A stretch of DNA of 59,269 nt from Planctomycetota bacterium. GTDB lineage: Bacteria > Planctomycetota > PLA2 > JAEUHO01. The notes under the pieces were generated by a model, which was not told where the DNA came from, did not search any database, and was given only the letters and a program-made list of their open reading frames with translations. The position numbers were made by a program, and so were the translations under genes. Positions 1 to 9,529 of this stretch are shown here, in pieces (position 1 is the stretch's first letter; each line of letters opens with the position of its first letter). The stretch is taken from assembly GCA_050248855.1 (NCBI GenBank), contig JBFWRP010000028.1, forward strand, positions 1 to 59,269, read 5' to 3'.

Positions 1-121
1 CCCGCGCCGACCGAGCGAAAGGGCGTTCAAGCCGATTCACGTGCTTCGCCGAAGCTGGAATCCAGGAATCCGCGCCGCAGGACGGGGGTGGCGCCGTGTA
101 CGCGATCTGTGGCGCAGACTC

Positions 122-661
122 CTAGCGACCGGTCAGGTCGCGCACGACGGCCTCGCGCTTGCGCTCCAGCAGGTGGGGCGCCTCGTCCGTCACGAACTCC
201 CGCCACGCGGCCGGGCCCGCGAGCAGGCTCTCGCGCACGCGATCGTGGATCTCCACGTCGAACGGGTGTCGCTCGGTCAGGGCATCGCGTCCCTCGCGTA
301 CCAAGCGGGCCGCGATGTCGGCCGCGATCGTCAGGACGAAGCCGTGCGTGGCCACGGAGCGCTGCGTCCCGGGCGGCAGGTCGCCCCCGTCGAGCAGGCT
401 CGGCCAGACCAGCTCGGCCAGGGCCTCGGAGGAGGCCTGCCACGCGGCCGAGCCCGGCGGCTCGCCGGCCTCGAGGCTTCCGAGGAGGCGCGCCATGAGC
501 CGCGCCTCGCCCCGGTCCCCCTCCCGCGGCGGCGCGTCCGCCCCCTCGCTCCAGCCGTCCTCGCGCGGGGCGGCCGGCGTCCCTGCCTCGTCGCCGCAGC
601 CGGCGAGCAGGGCGCCGGCCAAGGCAAGGCAGAGGGCAAACGGAGCGGCGCGTGTCATCAC
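122..661 (-). CDS. Hypothetical lipoprotein
   Basis: Hydrophobic signal ending in a lipobox (LLAG-C); divergent from the E1-alpha gene. Start is GTG 661 or ATG 658. Confidence 0.65.
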   Translation of the reverse strand: MMTRAAPFALCLALAGALLAGCGDEAGTPAAPREDGWSEGADAPPREGDRGEARLMARLLGSLEAGEPPGSAAWQASSEALAELVWPSLLDGGDLPPGTQRSVATHGFVLTIAADIAARLVREGRDALTERHPFDVEIHDRVRESLLAGPAAWREFVTDEAPHLLERKREAVVRDLTGR

Positions 662-811
662 GAGCCCGATGCTACGGGCGAGCGAGAGCCGCGACGGACC
701 ACCACTTCATCTACTTGCATGATGCAGGCACTTGCCTCGGACGCCCGGGGTCGGCTTGGAGCCCTTGCGTTTGCCCCGGTATCTTCCGCGCGCCCTTCGA
801 GGAGACAGCCC

Positions 812-1936
812 ATGGCGACCGGCACCGAGATGCACGTGGTGATGGAGGCCAAGGGGAAGGCCCAGGGGCGCACGCCCAAGGGCCTCGAGGACGCCGACCT
901 GAAGGCCCTCTTCCGGGCCATGTTGTTCACGCGCCTCTTCGACCAGCGCGGCATGAACCTCCAGCGCCAGGGCCGCATCGGCTTCTTCGTGCCCAGCATG
1001 GGCCAGGAGGCCAGCCAGATCGGTACCGGCTACGCGATGGGCGACAAGGACGTGCTGTACCCGTCCTACCGCACGCACAGCCTGGCGCTGCTCAAGGGCG
1101 TGCCGCTGAAGGTGCTCTACGACCAGCTCTGGGGCAACGCGACCGACCTCGTCAAGGGCCGCCAGATGCCCAACCACTTCGCGATCCCCTCCATCAACTG
1201 GGTCAGCATCAGCTCGCCGATCGGCACGCAGATCAGCCAGGCAGCGGGCGCGGCGCGCGCCGCGCAGGTCCGCGGCGACAAGGACGTGGCGGTCTGGGCC
1301 TGGTTCGGGGATGGCGGCACGTCGAGCAACGACTTCCACGCCGGCCTCAACTTTGCCGGCGTGTGGAAGGCGCCCTGCATCTTCATGTGCGAGAACAACC
1401 ACTGGGCGATCTCGGTGCCCGAGGAGATGCAGACGGCCTCGGTATCGTTCGCCGACAAGGCCGTTGCCTACGGCATGCGCGGCGTGCGCGTGGACGGCAA
1501 CGACGTGCTCGCCGTCTACGAGGCAGCTCGCGAGGCCCGCGAGCGCGCCGTCAAGGGCGAGGGGCCTACGCTCATCGAGACCGTGACCTTCCGCATGGGC
1601 CCCCACAGCTCATCGGACGACCCCAAGCGCTACCAGCCGCCGGAGCTCTTCGAGGCGTGGCAGAAGCGCGACCCCATCGACCGCTTCCGCGAGTGGCTCG
1701 AGGCCAAGGGCCTCTGGTCCAAGGACGAAGAAGAGGCGTTGGCCGCCGAGCTCCAGAAAGACATCGCGGCAGCCGTCGAGGCCGCCGAGTCCACGCCGGC
1801 TCCCGACGTCGAGACGGTGTTCGACGACGTCTACGCCGAGCTGCCCAAGATGCTCGTAGAGCAGCGTGAGGCGCTCCGCGCGCAAATCAAGGCGTCGGGT
1901 GCCATCGAGGACGGCGGCGGAGCGTTCCCCCTCTAG
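812..1936 (+). CDS. pdhA: 2-oxoacid (pyruvate/branched-chain) dehydrogenase E1 alpha subunit, copy 1
   Basis: LQRQGRIGF, GRQMPNH, TPP motif GDGGTS...NN, HSSSDDP. ATG 812 follows GAGGAG. Substrate not resolvable; BCKDH-like motifs. Confidence 0.9.
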   Translation: MATGTEMHVVMEAKGKAQGRTPKGLEDADLKALFRAMLFTRLFDQRGMNLQRQGRIGFFVPSMGQEASQIGTGYAMGDKDVLYPSYRTHSLALLKGVPLKVLYDQLWGNATDLVKGRQMPNHFAIPSINWVSISSPIGTQISQAAGAARAAQVRGDKDVAVWAWFGDGGTSSNDFHAGLNFAGVWKAPCIFMCENNHWAISVPEEMQTASVSFADKAVAYGMRGVRVDGNDVLAVYEAAREARERAVKGEGPTLIETVTFRMGPHSSSDDPKRYQPPELFEAWQKRDPIDRFREWLEAKGLWSKDEEEALAAELQKDIAAAVEAAESTPAPDVETVFDDVYAELPKMLVEQREALRAQIKASGAIEDGGGAFPL

Positions 1937-2023
1937 TCCACGGGTTCCTTTCCCTCACCTCCACGGCGAGCGGCGCGCCGGCGTGGAGGGTCCTGACGCG
2001 CGCGCCCCGGGCGGAGCTTCCCC

Positions 2024-3001
2024 ATGCCGCAGATGACGATGCTCCAGGCGATCAACGACGCGATGCACGTCGCCATGGAGCGCGACGGCGACGTCGTGGT
2101 GCTCGGCGAGGACATCGGCAAGAAGGGCGGCGTCTTCGGCGCCACCGAGGGCCTCTACGACAAGTACGGCGCGCTGCGCGTGATGGACACTCCGCTCTCG
2201 GAGTGCGGCATCATCGGGACGGCGGTCGGCATGGCGCTCTACGGCCTGAAGCCCGTCCCCGAGATCCAGTTCCTCGACTTCATCTACCCCGCCTTCGACC
2301 AGATCGTGTCGGAGATGGCCAAGATGCGCTACCGCTCGGGGGGTCAGTTCACCTGCCCGATGGTGGTGCGCTCGCCGTCGGGCGGTGGTATCCGCGGCGG
2401 TCACTACCACTCGCAGTCCAGCGAAGCGTACTTCGCCCACACGCCGGGCCTCCGCGTGGTGATGCCGAGCACCCCGGCCGACGCGAAGGGCATGCTCCTC
2501 GCCTCGATCTTCAACGAAGACCCCGTGATCTTCCTCGAGCCCAAGGCGCTGTACCGCCACGGCAAGCAGGAGGTCCAAGAGGGCTGGTACACGACGTCGC
2601 TCGACGAGGCCCGCCGCGTCCGCGAGGGCGACGACGTGACCGTCGTCACGTGGGGCGCCATGGTCCCCATCGTCGAGGACGCCGCCGGCACGGCCGCCGA
2701 GAACGGCACGGCCTGCGACGTGATCGACCTGCGATCGATCCTTCCGTGGGACTACGACACCGTGCTCGACAGCGTCCGCAAGACGGGCCGCCTGGTCGTG
2801 GTCCAGGAAGCGCCGCGTACCTGCGGCTTCGCCTCCGAGGTGGCGGCCACGGTCGCCGAGAAGGCCATCGACTCGCTCGAGGCCCCCATCGCACGGGTGA
2901 CCGGCTTCGACACGCCGTTCCCCTACGCGCTGGAGCACGTCTACAAGCCCGACAAGAAGCGCGTGCTGGGCGCGATCGAGTTCACCGCCCGCTGGGCGTA
3001 G
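2024..3001 (+). CDS. pdhB: 2-oxoacid dehydrogenase E1 beta subunit
   Basis: GEDIG..GGVF, DTPLSE, EIQFLDF, HSQS, FLEPK, DTPFPY. Confidence 0.92.
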   Translation: MPQMTMLQAINDAMHVAMERDGDVVVLGEDIGKKGGVFGATEGLYDKYGALRVMDTPLSECGIIGTAVGMALYGLKPVPEIQFLDFIYPAFDQIVSEMAKMRYRSGGQFTCPMVVRSPSGGGIRGGHYHSQSSEAYFAHTPGLRVVMPSTPADAKGMLLASIFNEDPVIFLEPKALYRHGKQEVQEGWYTTSLDEARRVREGDDVTVVTWGAMVPIVEDAAGTAAENGTACDVIDLRSILPWDYDTVLDSVRKTGRLVVVQEAPRTCGFASEVAATVAEKAIDSLEAPIARVTGFDTPFPYALEHVYKPDKKRVLGAIEFTARWA

Positions 3002-3014
3002 AGGGAGCAGCCCG

Positions 3015-4340
3015 ATGGCCTACGAGTTCAAGCTGCCGGACATCGGCGAAGGCCTCACCGAGGGCGAGGTCGTCAAGTGGTTGGTGAAAGTCGGCGACAA
3101 GGTCGTCGACGACCAGCCCATGGTCGAGGTGATGACGGACAAGGCGACGGTGGAGATCACCGCGCCGACCGCCGGCACCATCGCCGAGATCCGCGCCGAG
3201 GAAGGCCAGACGATCCCCGTGGGGTCGGTCATGGTCGTCATCGACGACGGCAAGGGCAGCGCGGCTGCGCCGCCGAAGGCCGAGGCGCCGAAGGCCGAAG
3301 CGCAGAAGGCGACCGCTCCTGGCGGGTCCGCCCCTGCGGCGGCGGCCCCCGCCGCGGCCCCGGCGCAACCTGCCGCCCCCGCCGCTCCGGCGGTTGCCGC
3401 CGCCCCGCGCCGCGAGCGCACGCTGGCGGCTCCGGCCACGCGCAAGCTCGCGCGCGAGAAGGGTGTCGACCTGGACGTCGTCCCCGGCACGGGCCCGAAC
3501 GGTCGCGTGACGCGCGCCGACGTCGAGGCCTTCGCGGCCGGCGGCGGGGCCGCCGCCCCGGCCGCCGCGGCCGCCCCGGCGGCTCCCGGCTACGTGCCGC
3601 GCCCCAAGGTGGAGCTGCCCGACGTGGGCGCCGCCAAGGCCGACCAGGTGGTCCCGCTGCGCGGCCTGCGCGGCAAGATCGCCGAGCAGATGGTGCGGTC
3701 CAAGACGATGTCGCCGCACTTCACGTTCGCCGACGAAGTCGACATGACCAACCTGGCCGAGCTGCGCAAGCAGGCCAAGGGCCGCGCCGAGCAGGACGGC
3801 ATCAAGCTGACCTACCTGCCCTTCATCATGAAGGCGCTGGTCTCCTGCTTCCGCAAGTGGCCGCAGGTCAACGCGCTCGTCGACGACCAGAACAAGTCCT
3901 ACGTCATCCGCGGCGACGTCAACATCGGCATCGCCACCGACACCGACGACGGCCTGACCGTCCCGGTCGTCAAGCACGTCGACCGCCTGAGCCTCTTGCA
4001 GGTCGCCTCCGAGCTGCAGCGCGTCACGGAAGCGGCGCGCGCCAAGAAGATCGGTGTCGAGGACCTGAAGGGCAGCACCTTCACCATCACCAGCGCCGGC
4101 TCGATCGGCGGCATCCTCGCCACGCCCATCCTCAACTACCCCGAGGTGGGCATCCTCGGCGTCTACAAGATCGCGGACCGCCCGGTCGTGCGCGACGGCC
4201 AGATCGTGATCCGCAAGATGGCCAACCTCTCGATCACGCTGGATCACCGCATCGTGGACGGCGCCACCGCGGCGTACTTCATGAACGAGCTGATCCGCTT
4301 GCTCGAGAACCCGGGCCTGATGCTGGTCGAAGGGGTGTAG
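3015..4340 (+). CDS. pdhC: Dihydrolipoamide acyltransferase (E2), one lipoyl domain
   Basis: LPDIGEG, lipoyl TDKA, Ala/Pro linkers, E3-binding GTGPNGRVT, catalytic DHRIVDG. Confidence 0.92.
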   Translation: MAYEFKLPDIGEGLTEGEVVKWLVKVGDKVVDDQPMVEVMTDKATVEITAPTAGTIAEIRAEEGQTIPVGSVMVVIDDGKGSAAAPPKAEAPKAEAQKATAPGGSAPAAAAPAAAPAQPAAPAAPAVAAAPRRERTLAAPATRKLAREKGVDLDVVPGTGPNGRVTRADVEAFAAGGGAAAPAAAAAPAAPGYVPRPKVELPDVGAAKADQVVPLRGLRGKIAEQMVRSKTMSPHFTFADEVDMTNLAELRKQAKGRAEQDGIKLTYLPFIMKALVSCFRKWPQVNALVDDQNKSYVIRGDVNIGIATDTDDGLTVPVVKHVDRLSLLQVASELQRVTEAARAKKIGVEDLKGSTFTITSAGSIGGILATPILNYPEVGILGVYKIADRPVVRDGQIVIRKMANLSITLDHRIVDGATAAYFMNELIRLLENPGLMLVEGV

Positions 4341-4344
4341 CCAC

Positions 4345-5496
4345 TTGGCTGCTCGCAAGGCCTCCGCCAAGGCTCCGACCGCCAAGCGTCGTACTGCCGC
4401 GCCCGACCCCTACGAGGTCGGACCGCTCGGTCTCTTCCAGCTGGTGGACGAGGACGGCCAGGCCGTGGCGAAGGTGCCGGAGCTGCCCGCGGGGCTGCCC
4501 GAGCGCTTCCTGGAGGCCATGCTCTTCCAGCGCGCGCTGGACCAGCGCATGCTCAACCTCCAGCGCCAGGGTCGCATCGGCTTCTACGGCACGGCCAAGG
4601 GCCAAGAGGGCGCCACGCTCGGCAGCGGGGCGGCCTTCGGGCCCGAGGACTGGGTCTTCCCGGCGCTGCGCGAGGGCGCGGTCGCGCTCTGGCGCGGCAT
4701 GGCGCTCGAGCACTACATCGCACAGTGCTTCGGCAACGCCGCCGACCCCACGCACGGCCGGCAGATGCCCTGCCACTACAGCGACCGCGGCGCACGCTAC
4801 GTGTCGCTGAGCTCACCCATCGCGACGCAGGTCAGCCAAGCCGTGGGCGCCGCCCGCGCCATGCAGGTGCGCGGCGAGAGCGAGCGCGTGGCCGGCGCCT
4901 GGCTGGGCGACGGCGCCACCAGCGAGAACGACTTCCACGCGGCGCTCAACTTCGCGGGCGTGTGGAAGGCCCCCGTGGTGTTCGTCTGCCAGAACAACCA
5001 GTGGGCCATCTCCGTGCCGCTCTCCATGCAGACGGCGAGCGAGACGCTCGCGGTGAAGGCACGGGCCTACGGCATGCCCGGCGTGCGCGTGGACGGCAAC
5101 GACGTCCTCGCCTGCTACGTGGCCGTCGCGGCCGCCGTCGAGCGCGCGCGCAAGGGCCTGGGCCCGACGTTCGTCGAGTGCCTCACGTACCGCCTGGGCG
5201 GCCACAGCTCGTCGGACGACCCCACCAAGTACCGCGACGAGAGCGAGGCGGCGATCTGGGAGAAGCGCGACCCGCTGCTCCGCCACCGCGCCTGGCTCAC
5301 GTCGGAGGGCCGCTGGGACGACGCGCGCGAGGAGGCCTTCCTCGCCGAGTCGGGCAAGCGCATCACGGATGCGATCGCCACGGTCGAGGCCGCGGAGCCG
5401 GTCGACCGCGCGACGCTCTTCACCGACGTATGGGCCACGATGCCGGCACTGTTGGCCGACCAGCAGCGCCGCTTGGACCAAGACCTGCCGGTCTGA
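4345..5496 (+). CDS. 2-oxoacid dehydrogenase E1 alpha subunit, copy 2
   Basis: LQRQGRIGFY, GRQMPCH, GDGATS..DFH..LNFAGV, HSSSDDP; TTG start just after the E2 stop. Confidence 0.88.
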   Translation: MAARKASAKAPTAKRRTAAPDPYEVGPLGLFQLVDEDGQAVAKVPELPAGLPERFLEAMLFQRALDQRMLNLQRQGRIGFYGTAKGQEGATLGSGAAFGPEDWVFPALREGAVALWRGMALEHYIAQCFGNAADPTHGRQMPCHYSDRGARYVSLSSPIATQVSQAVGAARAMQVRGESERVAGAWLGDGATSENDFHAALNFAGVWKAPVVFVCQNNQWAISVPLSMQTASETLAVKARAYGMPGVRVDGNDVLACYVAVAAAVERARKGLGPTFVECLTYRLGGHSSSDDPTKYRDESEAAIWEKRDPLLRHRAWLTSEGRWDDAREEAFLAESGKRITDAIATVEAAEPVDRATLFTDVWATMPALLADQQRRLDQDLPV

Positions 5497-5518
5497 CCGG
5501 CAGCGAGGAGACCGCGCG

Positions 5519-6928
5519 ATGGCCGAAGACACCTTCCAGCTCGTCGTGATCGGCAGCGGCCCGGGCGGCTACGTGGCCGCGATCCGCGCCGCGCAGTGCG
5601 GGCTCAAGACCGCGATCATCGAAGAGGACAAGATCGGCGGCGTCTGCCTCAACGTCGGCTGCATCCCCTCCAAGAGCCTCATCTACGCCAGCGGCCTCGT
5701 GGACAAGATCCGCCACGCCGACTCGATGGGCCTCACGGTGGGCGATGTCTCCGTGGACGGCAAGAAGCTCCAGGAATGGAAGAGCGCCATCGTCAACCGC
5801 TTGACGACGGGCGTCGGCTTCCTGCTGTCGAAAAACGGCGTCACGACCATCCACGGCCACGCCGAGTTCACCTCGCCCACCAGCCTCGAGGTGACCGACG
5901 CCGAGGGCGCCAAGCGGACGGTGCGCTTCGAGAAGTGCATCGTGGCCACGGGCGCGCGCGCCGCCACGCTGCCGTTCCTTCCCATCGGCGGAAACGTCAT
6001 GACCTACCGCGAGGCCTTGGACATCGACCGGGTGCCCAAGAGCTTCACGGTCATCGGCGGCGGCGTGATCGGCCTGGAGCTCGGCACCGTGTTCCAGCGC
6101 CTCGGCGCGCACCTGACGGTGATCGAGCTGACCGACTCCCTGCTCCCCGGCGTGGACCCCGAGTGCGTCAAGGTCGTCGAGCGCTCCATCCAGAAGGCCG
6201 GCGGCAAGATCCACAAGCAGACCGGCGCCACCGGCATCGAGACCAAGAAGGACGGCACGCTGGTCGTCAAGGCCAAGGACGCCAAGGGCAAGGAGCTCGC
6301 CATCGACAGCGAGATCGTCCTGGTGGCCATCGGCTTCAAGCCCAACAGCGACCGCGTCAAGGCCGAGAAGGCCGGACTCGCCATCGACAAGACGGGCCAC
6401 TTCACCGTCAACGCCAGCCGCCAGACCAACGTGCCCCACATCTATGCCATCGGCGACGTGGCCGGCCTGCCGTGGCTCGCGCACAAGGCCTCCAAGGAAG
6501 GCATCGTTGCCGCCGAGCACGCCGCGGGCCAGAAGTCGGTCTACGACGTCCGCGCGATGCCCGCGGCCGTCTTCACCTACCCCGAGGTCGGCACCGTGGG
6601 CCTGCAGGAGCACGAAGCCGCCGCCCAGGGCCGCAAGGTCAAGGTGGGCAAGTTCCCCTTCACCGCGCTCGGTCGTGCACTCTCCGTCGGCGCCAGCGAG
6701 GGCTTCGTCAAGATGATCGCCGACCCCGAGACGGACGAGCTGCTCGGCCTCGCTGCGGTCGGCTACCAGGCGAGCGACCTCGTCGCCGAGGCCGCCTTGG
6801 CCATCGAGATGGGCGCCACCACGGAGGACATCGCCCTCACGGTGCACGCCCACCCCACGTGGCCCGAGTCCCTCATGGAAGCCGCCGAGGCCGTCCACAA
6901 GAAGGCAATCCACATCTTGAACGCGTAG
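5519..6928 (+). CDS. lpdA: Dihydrolipoamide dehydrogenase (E3)
   Basis: GSGPGGY, redox GGVCLNVGCIPSK, GGGVIGLE, HAHPT; ATG 5519 after GAGGAG. Confidence 0.95.
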   Translation: MAEDTFQLVVIGSGPGGYVAAIRAAQCGLKTAIIEEDKIGGVCLNVGCIPSKSLIYASGLVDKIRHADSMGLTVGDVSVDGKKLQEWKSAIVNRLTTGVGFLLSKNGVTTIHGHAEFTSPTSLEVTDAEGAKRTVRFEKCIVATGARAATLPFLPIGGNVMTYREALDIDRVPKSFTVIGGGVIGLELGTVFQRLGAHLTVIELTDSLLPGVDPECVKVVERSIQKAGGKIHKQTGATGIETKKDGTLVVKAKDAKGKELAIDSEIVLVAIGFKPNSDRVKAEKAGLAIDKTGHFTVNASRQTNVPHIYAIGDVAGLPWLAHKASKEGIVAAEHAAGQKSVYDVRAMPAAVFTYPEVGTVGLQEHEAAAQGRKVKVGKFPFTALGRALSVGASEGFVKMIADPETDELLGLAAVGYQASDLVAEAALAIEMGATTEDIALTVHAHPTWPESLMEAAEAVHKKAIHILNA

Positions 6929-6931
6929 GCG

Positions 6932-7864
6932 GTGGGCGTGCCCGGCGCCCCCCTCCTGCTCGAGCCGCGCAACGGCCTCGCCAACCGGCTGCGCGTGCTG
7001 GACGCCGGCATCGCCCTCGCGCGCGCGCAGGGCCGCGAGATCTCGCTCGACTGGCTGCTGCACGACGAGCTGGGCGCGCCCTTCGAGACGTTGCTCGAGC
7101 CTTCCCCCGAGATCGTGCGCATCACGACGTGGCGGCTGGACCGACGCCTCGATCGGATGCGGCGTCGCCTGCGTCACGCGCGCTGGCGCCTCCGGGGCGC
7201 ACGACGCATCGGCCACGCCGCGATCCAGCCCTGGCTCGTCGACGACGTCGATCCTCTCGGGGTCCTGCCCGCCTCGCAGCGCGTGATCGTGAAGACCTGG
7301 ATGCGCTTCTACGCGGCCGAGCCGGGCTTCCGCTGGCTACGCCCTGCGCCCGCCGTGGCCGACCGCTTCGCAGAGGCCCAGGCGCACCTGGGCCCGGCTC
7401 CGCTGGTCGGCGTCCACATCCGCCGCGGCGACCACGCCCTGGCCATCGAGCGCACGCCCACGGAGGCCTTCTTCGAACGCATGGACAAGCTCCTCGCCGA
7501 GGCGCCCCGCACGCGCTTCCTGGTGGCCTCCGACGCCCCCGACGTCGAGGCCGCCGCGCGCCAGCGCTTCGGATCGCGGCGCGTGGTCGCGCTGGCGAAG
7601 CGCGCGCGGGATCGCGTCTCCGTCGAGGCCGTCCAAGACGCCTTGGTCGACCTGCTCGCGCTCTCGGCCTGCTCGCAGGTCCTCGGCACGTTCGCAAGCA
7701 CGTTCGGCAAGACGGCCGCGGAGCTGGGCGGCGTCCCCTACGAAGTGGTTGCTACCGGCGCCCGCTGGAGTCCCGGCGACGGCCCCATGCGCGATCCCCC
7801 CACCACCTCCTGGCTCGTCGCGCGCGGCCAGCCTGGCGGCCGCTACGACGGCGTCCGCCGCTGA
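6932..7864 (+). CDS. GDP-fucose-dependent glycosyltransferase-like protein (NodZ/GT23 or GT11-like)
   Basis: GLANRLR, VGVHIRRGD, FLVASD, DLLALSAC..VLGT..STFG motifs. Confidence 0.7.
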   Translation: MGVPGAPLLLEPRNGLANRLRVLDAGIALARAQGREISLDWLLHDELGAPFETLLEPSPEIVRITTWRLDRRLDRMRRRLRHARWRLRGARRIGHAAIQPWLVDDVDPLGVLPASQRVIVKTWMRFYAAEPGFRWLRPAPAVADRFAEAQAHLGPAPLVGVHIRRGDHALAIERTPTEAFFERMDKLLAEAPRTRFLVASDAPDVEAAARQRFGSRRVVALAKRARDRVSVEAVQDALVDLLALSACSQVLGTFASTFGKTAAELGGVPYEVVATGARWSPGDGPMRDPPTTSWLVARGQPGGRYDGVRR

Positions 7865-7875
7865 CGCGTACCCGT

Positions 7876-9396
7876 TCAGTCCACTTCGAGGATGTAGGTG
7901 GCCTTGAGGTTGGGCAGCAGGCCGTTCTCGTTGATGCCACCGCAGAACATGACGTTGCCGTTGTCGAGCAGGGTGGCGGTGTGGCTGGCCATCGCCGTGG
8001 GGAAGCGGACGTCGGTGGTGTAGGTGCGGCTCCCCGTGGGGCCGCCCTCGATCACGATGTCGCAGGTGCCGTCGAAGAACTCGTTGAGGAAGTCGATGCC
8101 GCCCGCGATGAGGAAGCGGTCGGGAGCGATGAGGGTGCCCGTGGCGTAGGAACGGGGGCGCCAGAGGTTGCTACCGGTGTTCAGCAGGAACGGCGTGCCC
8201 GCGAAGGCGTAGGCGACGCGACCGCCAAGGTCACCGCCGGCCAACATGGCCGCGCCGCTGGCGAACAGGCCCACGACGGGCCCGAAACGCTGGGTCTCCT
8301 GGTCCGGGATGTTGGTGGCCGTGAACGTGTCCAGGTTGAGGTCGAGCACCTCGCCAAAGCGCGCCGCGCTGCCGCCCAGGACGAGGTAGCGGTTGGTGCC
8401 GAAGGGGACGATCCCGTGCGTCGCACGCGCGGCCACCATGCGGCCCGGGAACACGCTCCACTCACCGGTGCCCGGATCCCAGACCTCCGCATCGTCCAGG
8501 TCTCGCAGGTTGGCGTCGGTTCCACCGCAGACCAAGACGCGGCCGTCCGCCAGGACCACGATGGCGTGGTTGTAGCGCGCCGTGTTGAGTCGGCCCGAGC
8601 TCTGGAAGCCGTTGAACGCCGGGTTGTAGAGCTCGGTCTCGTCGGTGACGGCCTGTGCGCCTGGCGACGTCTCGTACCAGCCGCCGCAGATCAGCACCCG
8701 GCCATCGGGCAGGAGGACCTGCGCGTGCAAGGCGCGGCCTCGGGCCAGGACGCTGCCGAGCGTGAAGAAGCGGTCTTGGACGGGATCGAAGACCTCCGCG
8801 ACTTCGGTGACCGCCGTGTTCTGCGTGAAGCCGCCGGTCACGAGCACGCGCCCGTCCTGCAGGAGCGTGGCGCGATGGCTCTGGCGGCCGATGGCCAGTC
8901 CCCCGACGGCGAGGCGAAGGTCGTTGGCCTGCGGGATGCCGACCGGCGCGTCGGGCGCCGACCGGAAGCGGATCGTCGGCACGGTGCCGAGACGCTGTCC
9001 GCCCACGCTCAGCACGTCGGGCGAGATGCCGATCGTGTGGTCCGTTGCGCCCGGGAAGAGCTCGCTCGGCGTCCAGCGCAGCTCGCTGCCATCGCCACTG
9101 GGGACGTGCACCGTCGTGCCGGCGATGGCGCCGACACCGCTGGCCGAAACCCTGATCGAGCCGGAGGACACGGAGCCCGGCTGCACACCCTCGGTCATGC
9201 GGATGCTGATGACCTGGTCGCGCGGGACGTTGACGCTGTTGGCGCTCGGGTTGCTCGACAACACGCGGAAGCTGGGCGGCAGCTCGACGCCACCTCCGCC
9301 ACCGCCACCGCCGCATGCGGTGAGCGTGAGCACGAGCCCGACCACGAGGGCCGGGACGAGTCGGGCGTGCGGAGGGCGAGCCTGGGAGCCGGTCAA
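7876..9396 (-). CDS. Lipoprotein with Ig-like (Big_5-type) domain and kelch/galactose-oxidase-type beta-propeller
   Basis: LTLTA-C lipobox, poly-Gly linker, SNPSANSVNVP Ig start, repeats of HxATLLxDGRVLxxGG. Start (TTG 9396) is uncertain. Confidence 0.8.
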   Translation of the reverse strand: MTGSQARPPHARLVPALVVGLVLTLTACGGGGGGGGVELPPSFRVLSSNPSANSVNVPRDQVISIRMTEGVQPGSVSSGSIRVSASGVGAIAGTTVHVPSGDGSELRWTPSELFPGATDHTIGISPDVLSVGGQRLGTVPTIRFRSAPDAPVGIPQANDLRLAVGGLAIGRQSHRATLLQDGRVLVTGGFTQNTAVTEVAEVFDPVQDRFFTLGSVLARGRALHAQVLLPDGRVLICGGWYETSPGAQAVTDETELYNPAFNGFQSSGRLNTARYNHAIVVLADGRVLVCGGTDANLRDLDDAEVWDPGTGEWSVFPGRMVAARATHGIVPFGTNRYLVLGGSAARFGEVLDLNLDTFTATNIPDQETQRFGPVVGLFASGAAMLAGGDLGGRVAYAFAGTPFLLNTGSNLWRPRSYATGTLIAPDRFLIAGGIDFLNEFFDGTCDIVIEGGPTGSRTYTTDVRFPTAMASHTATLLDNGNVMFCGGINENGLLPNLKATYILEVD

Positions 9397-9529
9397 GGGG
9401 CCAGGGGCCAAGTCTAGCCCAGGGCCCCTCGGGACGGCAGGGGCTCGACGCCGAAGCCGCGGACCTCCGTCCCCCGTGCCCCCCGCTCCCAGGGGCTTGT
9501 CCCCGGCGCAGCCCGGGCGAGACTTCGCC

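Noticed and set aside
41..811. N-terminal extension of E1-alpha in the ORF track
   Set aside because: Overlaps an antisense lipoprotein gene; the RBS and domain start support ATG 812.
5596..9417. 1273-aa ORF and similar long ORFs (11084-13855, 36544-39444, 42497-45676, 47354-49984, 50399-53776)
   Set aside because: Alternative-frame or antisense shadows of well-supported genes, expected at this GC content; no recognisable motifs.
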